Below are positions 8,318-17,275 of a DNA stretch of 61,712 nt, piece by piece. The translations under genes and the position numbers were made by a program. The notes under the pieces are model-generated. The model saw only the letters and a list, made by a program, of their open reading frames with translations, ran no database searches and was not told the origin of the DNA. Location: positions 1 through 61,712 of IMG/VR virus record IMGVR_UViG_3300027917_000003. One strand, given 5' to 3'. Each line of letters begins with the position of its first letter. Within the stretch, counting starts at the first letter, position 1. Source of the DNA: a virus. Taxonomy: Duplodnaviria > Caudoviricetes.

Positions 8318-10612
8318 TCACTGCTCCGTCAGCGGCTGCTCGTTGCTCTCAAGGCGCTGGATCATGCCGGGCTCAATCAGGCTCTGCATGATCGGGAGGC
8401 CCTGCGGGTTCTTGGCCATGTCCTCGGCCAGCCGCACAGCCGCCAAACGCTCGCGGCTCTCGCGGTCGCGCTTGCGGTTCATGGCGTCCATCAGGCTGTC
8501 TTGCTGCTTTTCCTGAAGCTCCTGCTCCTTCAGCTTCAGTTCCGCCATCTTGATCTGGTCCTCAATGCTCGGGGGAGCATTAGGGTCGGCCTGCGGCTTG
8601 TCGCCCTGCGCCTTGGCCATCGCCTCAGCGGCCTTGACCTTGACCATCTCGGTCTTGGCGTCGGCCTCCTGCTTCTTGATGCCGACCATCGCCTTGGCGT
8701 ACTCGACCTCTGGCGGGGGCTTGGACGACAGCGCCGAGGGCGGCACCATGAACTGTTGCGGGTTGCTCCAGCCCATCGCCTGCAAGGCCGCAGTGTCGAT
8801 GGCGATGGGGTCATAGAGCGATGGGTTGCCCTGTTGGAGCTGCTTCAGGCCCATGATCTTCATCATGCGCTGCGCTTGGCTGGCCGTGTTCGGGTCGGCC
8901 TGCGGGGTCAACTCGCAGTTGTTGATGGCGGCCAAGAACGTCTGCTCGTCCCACTGGTAGGCAGGCTGGCGGTTGCGCTGCCAGAAGCTCTCGGGGTGCT
9001 CCCTGAAACACTGGACGAGCAGGCGGAACTCCTCGGCCTGCGCCGAGTGCATCCGCTTGTGGACGGCGTTCAGGACCTTCGTGGCTTGGTCGATCATGGC
9101 CAGCGTCGTGCCCACCGGGGCGTCGGCGCGGCCCTCGCCCACCTGCATCTCGCTCGTGCCGCCGACGCGCATGCCCGTCTCGGCCATGTTGCTGACGAGG
9201 TTCATCAGGGACTGGCCGGGCTCCTTGTAGGGCAGGGGCATGATGGCGTCGCGCAGCGGGGCGCCGCCGGTCTTGACCAGCGCGCCGCCGCCGGGCGGGA
9301 CGCGGAAGATGTTGGTGTTCTGGCGCCCGCCAGCGTCCGAGTACAAGAAGCCGGGGAAGTTGGCGTACATGCCCGCGTCGAGCATCTCGCGCCACGCCGC
9401 CGTGATGGCGTTGGTGGTGTTGCCGAGGATGTGGAGCAGGCCGATGTCGTAGAACCCGAGGCCGGGCACGAAGGTGTACTTGACGAAGTTTGTCCGCGCC
9501 TCGGGGAGGTCGTCGGTGTCCTCGTCATAGTTGCGGACGATGGACAGGATCTCGCGGGACGAGAGGTCAATGGTGACGCGGTAGGGCACTTCGAGGCCAC
9601 TGACCTTGCCCTTGTACTTGTGCTCGAAGCCGGGGATGTCCAGCTCGCAGTAGCACTCGTAGATCTCGCGGTCGCGGTCCTCGGGACGGAAGGAGCCCGC
9701 CGCAATCCCCTGCACCGAACGCTCCTCGCGCTGGGCGGAGTCGAGGTCCTGCTCCTTGGCCATCGGCAGGTCGATGTCGCGGTAGACCCCGAGGATCTGG
9801 AGGCGCCGCACGGTCGATGACCGCATCATCGAGCGGTGCGTGATCCGCTTGGCGTTCTTCAGGTCGGTCGCGGCGTTGTTGACGATCAGGTCATCGGCGT
9901 CAACGCTCTCGGACACCGGGCGCCCGCGCAGGGGGCAGAAGTAGACCTTCTTGAAGCTGGTGCCGCCGAAGCCGAGCATGAGCAGCATGCGGTCGGTGTC
10001 AGGGTAATACTCGGCGGCGGTCGTCGTCAGGTAGTGGTTGAGGTCCAACTCAAGCGCGTCGGCGAGCCGGTCCTCCTGAAGGTTGCTGTTGTTGTTGTCG
10101 TCCCGGATCTTCACCGGCCCATCGGTCGGGAGCAACTCTGACCGGGCATTGGCCTGAAAGCGCAGGACGGCCTCAAGCAGGAGCGGGTGGCGGACGCGGC
10201 TCATGCCCTCGACCGGGGCGCCGTCAGCCGAGCCACCGAGGCCGGGGATCTCCAGCTTCAGGCCGAGCAGCTTGATGCCCGTCGCCCGGCCCTCAATCCA
10301 CTCCTTGCGGCTCTCCAGATCGTCAGAGATCCCGCGCAGGAGGTCGTCGGCGATCTGGCCGAGCGCGCCTTGGTCGATGTCCTCGACCAAGTTCTCAAAC
10401 CAGCCGGTGGGCCTGCGGCTGGGCTCGCCGAGCAGGCTCTTGCCGTCGATGCTGATCTCGACCGAGCCGTCGGGGTACTCGATGCGCAGGACCGGCTCGT
10501 CGCTCTCGGCGGCCTCGGGGAGCTGATCGTCCTCAGCGGCGGCCACGTCGGGCATCCGCGTCTCCAGTCCGGGGAGGCGGATGTTGGGGTTTACGAGGCC
10601 GGGCAGTGGCAT
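8318..10612 (-). CDS. Portal protein (P22-like)
   Basis: 764 aa after TerL; HPLLLEAVLRFQA, FKKVY, PGLGFY, PVGTTLA; C-terminal coiled-coil barrel. Confidence 0.85.
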   Translation of the reverse strand: MPLPGLVNPNIRLPGLETRMPDVAAAEDDQLPEAAESDEPVLRIEYPDGSVEISIDGKSLLGEPSRRPTGWFENLVEDIDQGALGQIADDLLRGISDDLESRKEWIEGRATGIKLLGLKLEIPGLGGSADGAPVEGMSRVRHPLLLEAVLRFQANARSELLPTDGPVKIRDDNNNSNLQEDRLADALELDLNHYLTTTAAEYYPDTDRMLLMLGFGGTSFKKVYFCPLRGRPVSESVDADDLIVNNAATDLKNAKRITHRSMMRSSTVRRLQILGVYRDIDLPMAKEQDLDSAQREERSVQGIAAGSFRPEDRDREIYECYCELDIPGFEHKYKGKVSGLEVPYRVTIDLSSREILSIVRNYDEDTDDLPEARTNFVKYTFVPGLGFYDIGLLHILGNTTNAITAAWREMLDAGMYANFPGFLYSDAGGRQNTNIFRVPPGGGALVKTGGAPLRDAIMPLPYKEPGQSLMNLVSNMAETGMRVGGTSEMQVGEGRADAPVGTTLAMIDQATKVLNAVHKRMHSAQAEEFRLLVQCFREHPESFWQRNRQPAYQWDEQTFLAAINNCELTPQADPNTASQAQRMMKIMGLKQLQQGNPSLYDPIAIDTAALQAMGWSNPQQFMVPPSALSSKPPPEVEYAKAMVGIKKQEADAKTEMVKVKAAEAMAKAQGDKPQADPNAPPSIEDQIKMAELKLKEQELQEKQQDSLMDAMNRKRDRESRERLAAVRLAEDMAKNPQGLPIMQSLIEPGMIQRLESNEQPLTEQ

Positions 10613-10614
10613 GG

Positions 10615-10821
10615 TCAGCCCTCTTTGGACAGCAACAGTTCGATCTCGTCGCTGAAGCGGCGCAGACCTTCTTGGGCCGCGAGTGTATCAGACATGGCGT
10701 CTATCGTATAGACACGCACAAAATCGTTGGGCTCGTCGCCCCAGACCTCGACGCGGAAGCTGCCCATGCCGATGGCGGTGGGGTCGCGGAGGGGATCGAC
10801 GATGGCGCGGGCGGGGATCAT
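10615..10821 (-). CDS. Hypothetical protein
   Basis: 68 aa between TerL and portal. Confidence 0.6.
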   Translation of the reverse strand: MIPARAIVDPLRDPTAIGMGSFRVEVWGDEPNDFVRVYTIDAMSDTLAAQEGLRRFSDEIELLLSKEG

Positions 10822-10829
10822 GGCGGGCC

Positions 10830-12515
10830 TCAGATTGGATAGAGCGGGGCGGGTGCCTTGCCGACGTGGCGGCGCCCGGCGTCGATCTCAGCCATACGCT
10901 CTGGCGCCCGGACGAGCAAGCCCGTCTCGCGCAGGTGGCGCAGGGCCTGACTGACGGTGTCCACCAGATCGTCGTTCTTCCCCTTCGGGAAGACCTCGCA
11001 CTGGCGGATGACCTTGTCGGCCCACGTCCGGTCGGGGGCGTAGATCATGCCCTCGCTGAACAGGTGCTGGATGCTGTAGACGCGCGCCAGCTTGTCGAGG
11101 GCGCCGGGGTTGATGATCTGGACGGCCCAGTCCTCGTTCCCGTGCAGGCGTCGGATCTCCTGCGCCACGCTCAGGCCCGAGGCCTTGCCCTCGACGAGGA
11201 GCTTGTCCACCCGGAAGTTCCGGCAGGATTGAGCGACCTTGTCCACCAGCGCCGCCAGCTCCAGCTTCTCCTGCCACGCGCCCATCAGGAACACGCGGGG
11301 GACGCTCTCGGGGTTGTGGTCGAGTAGGTCGCGGATGCGGACGCCCTCGTCAAAGCTGGCGGCCTCCTCGGAGTTGTTCTTGAAGCGGCCACGGGCGTTG
11401 ACGAAGTTGTTGGCCCGGATGGCCGAGTAGTCGCTGGAGAAGATCCCCCAGACCGTGAGCGCCGAGAAGTCGTTCTCCTGCTTGGACGTGTAGGCCGTGT
11501 CCAAGCTGGCGATGATGTAGTCGAAGGGAGGATAATCTTCCTCGGCCCAGAGTTCCCACCAAGCGGCCTTGATGACCTCGCCGCCCCGAGGCGCTGGCTC
11601 TTGCTGGTGCTGCCCGGCGGTCGCGTAGGGGCCCATCGACTTCTCGTCGCGGTCCACGACCTCCATCGGGAAGCGGGCCGGGAAGAGCAGCTCGCCCTCG
11701 GACTGGCGCGGGTCTTCGATCCCGAGCATCGTGGGACGGGCCCGGACGGGGTCGTAGCGCATCGGGAGCATGACGTGGTCGTAGCCAAGCTGCTTATCGA
11801 GGATGACGCCTGACACGTCGTTCTCGTGCAGGCGCTGCATGATGACGATGATCGCGCTCTCGATGGGGCTTGTCAGGCGGCTCGGGATGGCCTCAAGGAA
11901 CGTCGTGACCTCGTTCTCGCGCATGGCCTCGGACGAGGCGCTGTCCACGCTGTGGGGGTCGTCGATGATGACCCTGTCGCCACGGATACCCGTCAGGCTC
12001 GTGATAGCCGTGGCGATGCGGAAGCCGCTCGCGCTGTTCACGAAGTTCAGCTTCTCGTTTTGGTCGCGGGCGAGGCGCACCCGACTGCCCCAGCGGCGCT
12101 GATACCACTCGGACGTGATCAGCTCGCGCATGCGGCGGCTGTCGCGGGCCGAAAGGTTCTCAATCTTGTGCGCCGCACAAACGTATCGCAGGTGCGGCAT
12201 GTTCCTCGGGCCCCACTCCCACGCTGGCCAGAAGACGTTGGTGATGAGCGACTTCATCGTGCCCGGCGGTACGTTGATCAGGAGGCGGTTGTAGAGGCGC
12301 CCGTCCTCCAGCTCGACGCCATCGGTGATGGCCATGAGGTGGGCGGCGATGAAGTCGATGTGCCACCCGTGGATGTAGGGCGCGCCGGGCTCAATGATGT
12401 GCCACGCTTGCTTGATGAACTCAACCAAGTCCTCCTCGGCCTCGGCGACCGAGATCTCGTAGAGCTGGCGCTCCACGTCGATCTTCTGCCCCTCAAACTC
12501 AATGACGCGGCCCAT
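10830..12515 (-). CDS. terL: Terminase large subunit
   Basis: Walker A-like INVPPGTMKS, Walker B IIDDP, IMQRLH, nuclease motifs SLDTA, VEGKASG, DDLVD. Confidence 0.95.
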   Translation of the reverse strand: MGRVIEFEGQKIDVERQLYEISVAEAEEDLVEFIKQAWHIIEPGAPYIHGWHIDFIAAHLMAITDGVELEDGRLYNRLLINVPPGTMKSLITNVFWPAWEWGPRNMPHLRYVCAAHKIENLSARDSRRMRELITSEWYQRRWGSRVRLARDQNEKLNFVNSASGFRIATAITSLTGIRGDRVIIDDPHSVDSASSEAMRENEVTTFLEAIPSRLTSPIESAIIVIMQRLHENDVSGVILDKQLGYDHVMLPMRYDPVRARPTMLGIEDPRQSEGELLFPARFPMEVVDRDEKSMGPYATAGQHQQEPAPRGGEVIKAAWWELWAEEDYPPFDYIIASLDTAYTSKQENDFSALTVWGIFSSDYSAIRANNFVNARGRFKNNSEEAASFDEGVRIRDLLDHNPESVPRVFLMGAWQEKLELAALVDKVAQSCRNFRVDKLLVEGKASGLSVAQEIRRLHGNEDWAVQIINPGALDKLARVYSIQHLFSEGMIYAPDRTWADKVIRQCEVFPKGKNDDLVDTVSQALRHLRETGLLVRAPERMAEIDAGRRHVGKAPAPLYPI

Positions 12516-12739
12516 CAGTAATCCGATCCCACCTGATCGACGAGGTAATGGTCGCCGGTCTCGGCGTCCACCAGCTCATACAATAGCATGGCCTTCTCGT
12601 GCGTGAACATCGCCGAGTAGATCAGGTCACCGTCCGGTGCCTCATAGCAGTAGCCGTCCCGGTTATCGAGTTCTCGGCGCCTGAGCCACCCGAACGTGTG
12701 GTGGAAGCCGCAGCGGACGATCATGGGCAAGTTGCTCAT
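12515..12739 (-). CDS. Hypothetical protein (74 aa, start MSNLPM)
   Basis: GGAGA RBS; overlaps flanking genes. Confidence 0.55.
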   Translation of the reverse strand: MSNLPMIVRCGFHHTFGWLRRRELDNRDGYCYEAPDGDLIYSAMFTHEKAMLLYELVDAETGDHYLVDQVGSDY

Positions 12740-12924
12740 TGCTTTCTCCCCATCGTGATGTTGATCTGGGCCCGGATGTCCTGATTGCGCCACGACCAGC
12801 ACTCGCCATCGTGCTGGAAGACGACCCAGACCAGATCCATCTCGACGCCATAGTCGATGACGATATGGGCCAGACCGGGGCCACGGGGCGTCTGGACGGG
12901 CAGGGGCGGGTTGAGCTGTAGCAT
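12736..12924 (-). CDS. Hypothetical protein
   Basis: 62 aa, coupled to the TerS stop. Confidence 0.65.
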   Translation of the reverse strand: MLQLNPPLPVQTPRGPGLAHIVIDYGVEMDLVWVVFQHDGECWSWRNQDIRAQINITMGRKQ

Positions 12925-13454
12925 CAGCCCTGCCCCTCCTTTGGGTCGTGCTCGATGATCTGCGCCTTGGCGGCCAGTAGGGCCTGCTTAAAGGCCTCAC
13001 GGGCCTCGGGCGACAGGACGCGCACGTCCACGGTCGTGTGCTGGACGTGGACCGTGGCGTCCCCGGTGATCTCGGTGTTGACGCGCGGGCCGAGGGTGCG
13101 CGGCGCCATCTTCTCCGCCCGCCACTGCGCGGTCGAGATCTTGAGGCGCTGCGAGTTCACGTTCTCCTCGGTCGTCGCGTCGGCCATCGCCTCGATCTTG
13201 TCGAGCAGGAAGTCGGCGAGCGCCTCCCTCGCGCGCGCGCACCGTGCATCGAAATCGGGGCGGGCCGCTCTCCACCGATACAACGCCGCACGGCTCGGCA
13301 TCATCGGATCAGAGCAGATCTGCGAAAAATTCTCGCCATTCATCATGCGCTCGCAGATGATGTCGCCGATCTCGTCAGTGTACGACGATGGACGGCCCAC
13401 CGGGCGCGCAGTGACGCTCGGTGGCTTGTTCGCGGGGACTGGTTTCTTGACCAT
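12924..13454 (-). CDS. terS: Terminase small subunit
   Basis: GRPSSYTDEIGDIICER...G..IC..P.MPS...LYRW HTH (Sf6/P22 TerS-like); upstream of TerL. Confidence 0.85.
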   Translation of the reverse strand: MVKKPVPANKPPSVTARPVGRPSSYTDEIGDIICERMMNGENFSQICSDPMMPSRAALYRWRAARPDFDARCARAREALADFLLDKIEAMADATTEENVNSQRLKISTAQWRAEKMAPRTLGPRVNTEITGDATVHVQHTTVDVRVLSPEAREAFKQALLAAKAQIIEHDPKEGQG

Positions 13455-13732
13455 TACAGCTTGACCTCGACGGTCGCGGCGTAAGATCCGAGGGGCGTCT
13501 TATCGAAGCTCTCGATGGCGCTCATGTAGAGGTCGAAGATCTCCTGCGCCTGAGCGCGCTCGTGCTGGGGCTTCTTGCGCTCCGCGATGACCTTTTTCAG
13601 GATCTTCACGTCGAAGCCGTTTCCCTTCGCCTCCTTGTAAATCTCTGAAATGTCGAGCGAAATGGCTGTTTTTTCGTCCTCCATCTTCTCGATGCGCTGG
13701 ACGATGGTGGCGATCTGATTGTTCGTGGACAT
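13454..13732 (-). CDS. gapR: GapR-like (DUF2312) nucleoid DNA-binding protein
   Basis: IVQRIEKMEDEK..IS.DI.EIYKEAKGNGFDVKILKKVIAERK; GGAGGG RBS. Confidence 0.85.
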   Translation of the reverse strand: MSTNNQIATIVQRIEKMEDEKTAISLDISEIYKEAKGNGFDVKILKKVIAERKKPQHERAQAQEIFDLYMSAIESFDKTPLGSYAATVEVKL

Positions 13733-13840
13733 GCTTACCCCTCCTAATATCAACAAGGCGGTCAGTGTCTCGCAATTCGCTGACCCGGTCAATGCGCCGG
13801 ATTTCTAGGCGCTCCGAAGCCCACCGAAATTATTTTTCAA

Positions 13841-13944
13841 AAAAGTTATCCACAGGGCTCAAACGCTGTAGACAGGCGAAATTATTTCGTCTACAAGTTT
13901 AATCACGGTCGCTGATGACCTGACTGATTGATATGGAGACTGAC
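13841..13944 (+). promoter_or_regulatory. Early promoter cassette 1 (DnaA box 13846-13854)
   Basis: TTATCCACA; TAGACA -35; CGAA-N5-TTCG; CACGGTCGCTGATGACC leader. Confidence 0.75.
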
Positions 13945-14259
13945 ATGACCAAGATCCTCAACGTGACCACCGGCCCCGCCAACGAACTGTTCCCCGGCTG
14001 CAAGGGTTTTGTCGTTGTCGCCGAGACCCGCAAGGGCGAGGTGTTCATCCACGAGCGCAGCGACCTTTCTCTGGCCCAGTGCAAGCGCCTTGCTGATCGC
14101 GTTCAGGTCGCTGGCGAGATTGATGAAAGCCGTTGGGTTTTCTGGCGCACTGTTTACGGCTCTGACGCCTTCCTCGCAGAAGAGGCGGACGTTCACTTCA
14201 TCCTCGGCGGCGGGGGTCGTTACGAAGATCTCCCCGATAGCCTTCGCTCTCTCGCTTAA
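13945..14259 (+). CDS. Early hypothetical protein
   Basis: GGAGA RBS; start at the second ATG. Confidence 0.75.
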   Translation: MTKILNVTTGPANELFPGCKGFVVVAETRKGEVFIHERSDLSLAQCKRLADRVQVAGEIDESRWVFWRTVYGSDAFLAEEADVHFILGGGGRYEDLPDSLRSLA

Positions 14260-14309
14260 TCCAACCGGGGGCTTCGGCCCCCGCCCACCCCAACCGAATG
14301 GAGATTGAT

Positions 14310-14573
14310 ATGCAACGCCAAGTCCCCACCAAAGACACCACTATCCTCGGCATCATGCGCACCGCCGCCTTCTCGACGGGCTTCCGGGAGGCGCAGGCTG
14401 GCAAGCCTATCCGCTATGACGCCTATGAGCATGACGCCAATGGCCAGTGGAACTATGAGCGCGGGCGCATGCTGGGCCTGATGTTTGGCGGCCCCCTGAA
14501 GGTGGGGCGGGCGATCAGTCGGGCCGCAGCCCTTCACTTCGCGATGGCTATTAAGCAGAAGGTCATCCTGTAA
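14310..14573 (+). CDS. Early hypothetical protein
   Basis: ATGGAGATTGATATG leader. Confidence 0.75.
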   Translation: MQRQVPTKDTTILGIMRTAAFSTGFREAQAGKPIRYDAYEHDANGQWNYERGRMLGLMFGGPLKVGRAISRAAALHFAMAIKQKVIL

Positions 14574-14683
14574 AAAAGTTATCCACAGGGTGCGAAAATG
14601 CTTCGCACCCTGTTGACAGGCGAAATTTCTTCGTGCTAAGAGTTATGCACGGTCGCTGATGACCTGACCTGATGGAGATTGAT
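14574..14683 (+). promoter_or_regulatory. Early promoter cassette 2 (DnaA box 14579-14587, TTGACA 14613-14618)
   Basis: Includes the perfect 12-bp inverted repeat ACAGGGTGCGAA/TTCGCACCCTGT. Confidence 0.85.
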
Positions 14684-15295
14684 ATGCCCCTGTTCATCGA
14701 AAACGAAGCCGCCTACGAAGCCGCCATCGAGCGCAACATCGCCAACAACCGCCGCAAGACCGGCGCCCGCAAGTTCGCTGCGCTGTTCGAGGACGCGACC
14801 GCCATCATCGACTTCGTCGAGACCCGCGTGTCCGACGCTCAGGTGGCGCACTGGGCTCGCTTCGGTCGCGGCATGGAGGAGGCCTCCTTCATCGACGCAT
14901 GCTGGGCTGGCCTTCAGACTTTCGGCGGCCTGACCGAAAAGCAGGGTCTGGCGGTGCGCTCGATCATCGCCAAGAACGCCGAGCGCAAGGCTCAGTATCG
15001 CGCCGAGGCCCTCACCAAGGTCCATGTGGGCACGGTCGGCGAGCGCCGCGACTTCGACCTGACCGTGCGCTTCGTGACTGACTTCGAGACCCAGTTCGGC
15101 ATCACCAACGTGTTCGTCATGGAGGACGCCGAGGGCAATGTGGTCGTCTACAAGGGCGCTGGGAGCCTCTACAACGCCGATGGCCAGTTCGCGGTGAAGG
15201 GCGACAAGATCTCGGTCAAGGCGACCGTGAAGGAGCATGGCGAGCGCGATGGCGTGAAGCAGACCATCATCGCCCGCCCGAAGCAGAAGATCTGA
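14684..15295 (+). CDS. Early protein with probable C-terminal OB-fold
   Basis: HVGTVGER...V...D.EGN.VVYK...GD...VKATVKEH...G.KQT. Confidence 0.65.
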   Translation: MPLFIENEAAYEAAIERNIANNRRKTGARKFAALFEDATAIIDFVETRVSDAQVAHWARFGRGMEEASFIDACWAGLQTFGGLTEKQGLAVRSIIAKNAERKAQYRAEALTKVHVGTVGERRDFDLTVRFVTDFETQFGITNVFVMEDAEGNVVVYKGAGSLYNADGQFAVKGDKISVKATVKEHGERDGVKQTIIARPKQKI

Positions 15296-15338
15296 GGGGC
15301 TTCGGCCCCTCCCCACCCCTATCCTGATGGAGATTGAT

Positions 15339-15686
15339 ATGAACACCGTAGCTATCAAAGCCGCTCTTACCTATCCCAAGACCAAGAAAGGTGATGTCGT
15401 CGTCATCGAGCTGACGAGCAGCTATACGACCGCCAAGCTCAAGACGGTAAAAACATCGTCTTATTTCCTCGCCAAGGTCACCAAGACCCGCAATGGGCTT
15501 GCAGTGGACTATACGAAAGCCGATGGCGCCAAGGGGATCGTAGACACACGCCACCGCGTCATGGTGATCAGCCAAGCCGAGACGCAGGCTGCGGCGCGAG
15601 ACATGTTCGGCGCCAGTTTGGCAGACTTCGACAACGTCGATCAGGCGAAAGAGGCGATCCTTCAAAGGGTGAAAGACCTGAGCTGA
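15339..15686 (+). CDS. Early hypothetical protein
   Basis: Conserved leader; codon bias matches the genome. Confidence 0.75.
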   Translation: MNTVAIKAALTYPKTKKGDVVVIELTSSYTTAKLKTVKTSSYFLAKVTKTRNGLAVDYTKADGAKGIVDTRHRVMVISQAETQAAARDMFGASLADFDNVDQAKEAILQRVKDLS

Positions 15687-15687
15687 A

Positions 15688-15798
15688 AATAGTTATCCAC
15701 AGGGTGCGAAAATGCTTCGCACCCTGTTGACAGGCGAAATTTCTTCGTGCTAAGGTTCAATCACGGTCGCTGATGACCTGAACTGATGGAGATTAGAG
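15688..15798 (+). promoter_or_regulatory. Early promoter cassette 3 (DnaA box 15693-15701, TTGACA 15727-15732, TAAGGT 15751-15756)
   Basis: Near-identical to cassette 2. Confidence 0.85.
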
Positions 15799-16026
15799 AT
15801 GACCAACCGCTTCCCCTACGCCACCAAGATGCTCAACCTCGGCAAGCATGGCTACATGCTCCGCATCACCATTTCTCTCGCCAAGATTGAAGAGACGAAG
15901 GCGGAGATGATGTTGGATAGCGATATGATCAACTCAGCGGAAGAGCTGATCCGCTACCTCAATGCGGAAATCATCCGCGAAGAGGCCGACGCCGAAGAGT
16001 GTTATACCGACTGGGCCTCCGACTAA
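15799..16026 (+). CDS. Early hypothetical protein
   Basis: GGAGA RBS. Confidence 0.7.
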   Translation: MTNRFPYATKMLNLGKHGYMLRITISLAKIEETKAEMMLDSDMINSAEELIRYLNAEIIREEADAEECYTDWASD

Positions 16027-16072
16027 CCGGGGGCTTCGGCCCCCTTCCACCTCAACCCTGATGGAGATTGAT

Positions 16073-16351
16073 ATGACCTTCGACTTCTACAACCTCGGCG
16101 AGAACAGCGTAAGCTTCACCTTCTCGGCCTCCGGCGAGACCCTCTGGGACCAGATGTGCGAGGCCATCGCCGATCACATCTTCGGCGCTGACCCTTACGC
16201 CGAGACGCCCGCCCGCGACTTCGTGGAGATCGTCGAGATGCAGACGCCTGACGAGGCCGAGTACGTCGAGGCCGTCTTCGTGAAGGGCAAGCTGGTCGGC
16301 TCCCTCGGCGGCCCCTTCTGGCTGGACCCCAGCGAGTATGTGAAGATCTAA
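16073..16351 (+). CDS. Early acidic hypothetical protein (start MTFDFY)
   Basis: Conserved leader. Confidence 0.7.
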   Translation: MTFDFYNLGENSVSFTFSASGETLWDQMCEAIADHIFGADPYAETPARDFVEIVEMQTPDEAEYVEAVFVKGKLVGSLGGPFWLDPSEYVKI

Positions 16352-16353
16352 AA

Positions 16354-16465
16354 AAAAGTTATCCACAGGATGCGAAAATGCTTCGCACCCTGTTGACAGG
16401 CGAAAATAGTTCGCGTAAGTTCAAACCACGGTCGAGATAGAGACCGCAACCTGATGGAGATTGAT
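16354..16465 (+). promoter_or_regulatory. Early promoter cassette 4 (DnaA box 16359-16367, TTGACA 16393-16398, TAAGTT 16416-16421)
   Basis: Same repeat family as cassettes 1-3. Confidence 0.85.
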
Positions 16466-16765
16466 ATGACCGCTCTTAACACCGTCGCCGCCACCGAAGT
16501 CTACCTCGCCGCCAAGGCCCAGTTCGACGCTGCCGAGACCGTCCTCAAGGCCGCCAAGAAGGATGTCGTGGACATCGTCGGCGGTTACGGTTTCCTCGAA
16601 GGCGAGACCGCCGACCTCGACATCGCCTTGCAGGCCCGCAAGTCCATCGACGAGAAGCTCCTCCTCCAGTTCCTGACGCAGGAGCAGATCGACGCCTGCA
16701 AGGTCGAGGGCGCCGCCTTCCCGGTCGTGCGCATCAAGGCCAAGAAGGTCAAGAAGGCGGCCTAA
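16466..16765 (+). CDS. Early hypothetical protein
   Basis: Conserved leader. Confidence 0.75.
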   Translation: MTALNTVAATEVYLAAKAQFDAAETVLKAAKKDVVDIVGGYGFLEGETADLDIALQARKSIDEKLLLQFLTQEQIDACKVEGAAFPVVRIKAKKVKKAA

Positions 16766-16814
16766 TCATCAACCGGGGGCTTCGGCCCCCACCCACCCCT
16801 GAAGGAGAATTGAT

Positions 16815-17024
16815 ATGTACTACGTTGTCCCCAAAGATCGCTCCGTCCTCAAGAGCCTCAAGACCTTCGAGACCCTCTACGAAGCCCGCCGCTTCGCGGA
16901 AGACACCAAGCTGGTGACCAGCGAAAACTACGACATCATCCGCATGGACCGGGTCTGGACCACCCAGACCTTCGACGAGGCCCACCTCGCCTCGCTCGAC
17001 ATCCCCCACATGGCCCGCGATTAA
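16815..17024 (+). CDS. Early hypothetical protein
   Basis: AAGGAG RBS after a UUCG hairpin. Confidence 0.7.
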   Translation: MYYVVPKDRSVLKSLKTFETLYEARRFAEDTKLVTSENYDIIRMDRVWTTQTFDEAHLASLDIPHMARD

Positions 17025-17077
17025 TATCCCTTGGGGAGGGCTCAGGCTCTCCCCAGTCCCACGCAATGGAGATTGAA

Positions 17078-17275
17078 ATGCAAAGCTTCCTCGACGCCTA
17101 TCGCGCCAACCCCACGGATATGAACGCCCTCAAGCTGGCGCATCATGCCAAGAAACACCCCCGCACTGCTGACGCCTTGCCTATGGTCGAGGCCGTTCTG
17201 ATCGAAAGGGCGCGTGAACAGCTCGCGCCCTTTGTCGCCAAGCTCAACGCCATCGTGATCGGGGAGTTCATCTAA
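17078..17275 (+). CDS. Early hypothetical protein
   Basis: ATGGAGATTGAAATG leader. Confidence 0.7.
   Translation: MQSFLDAYRANPTDMNALKLAHHAKKHPRTADALPMVEAVLIERAREQLAPFVAKLNAIVIGEFI

Noticed and set aside
6769-9820. Long plus-strand ORFs (540 aa, 439 aa) and similar antisense ORFs
   Set aside because: Shadow frames of high-GC genes with no RBS or recognisable motifs
14298-14312. Shared N-terminal peptide MEIDM as a protein tag
   Set aside because: It is the translation of the conserved RBS leader (GGAGA); the real start is most likely the second ATG
14621-14633. LexA/SOS box
   Set aside because: CGAA-N5-TTCG matches neither the alphaproteobacterial GTTC-N7-GTTC nor the Firmicute CGAAC-N4-GTTCG
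13841-16465. CRISPR array
   Set aside because: Repeats are ~100-bp promoters separated by whole genes; no cas operon
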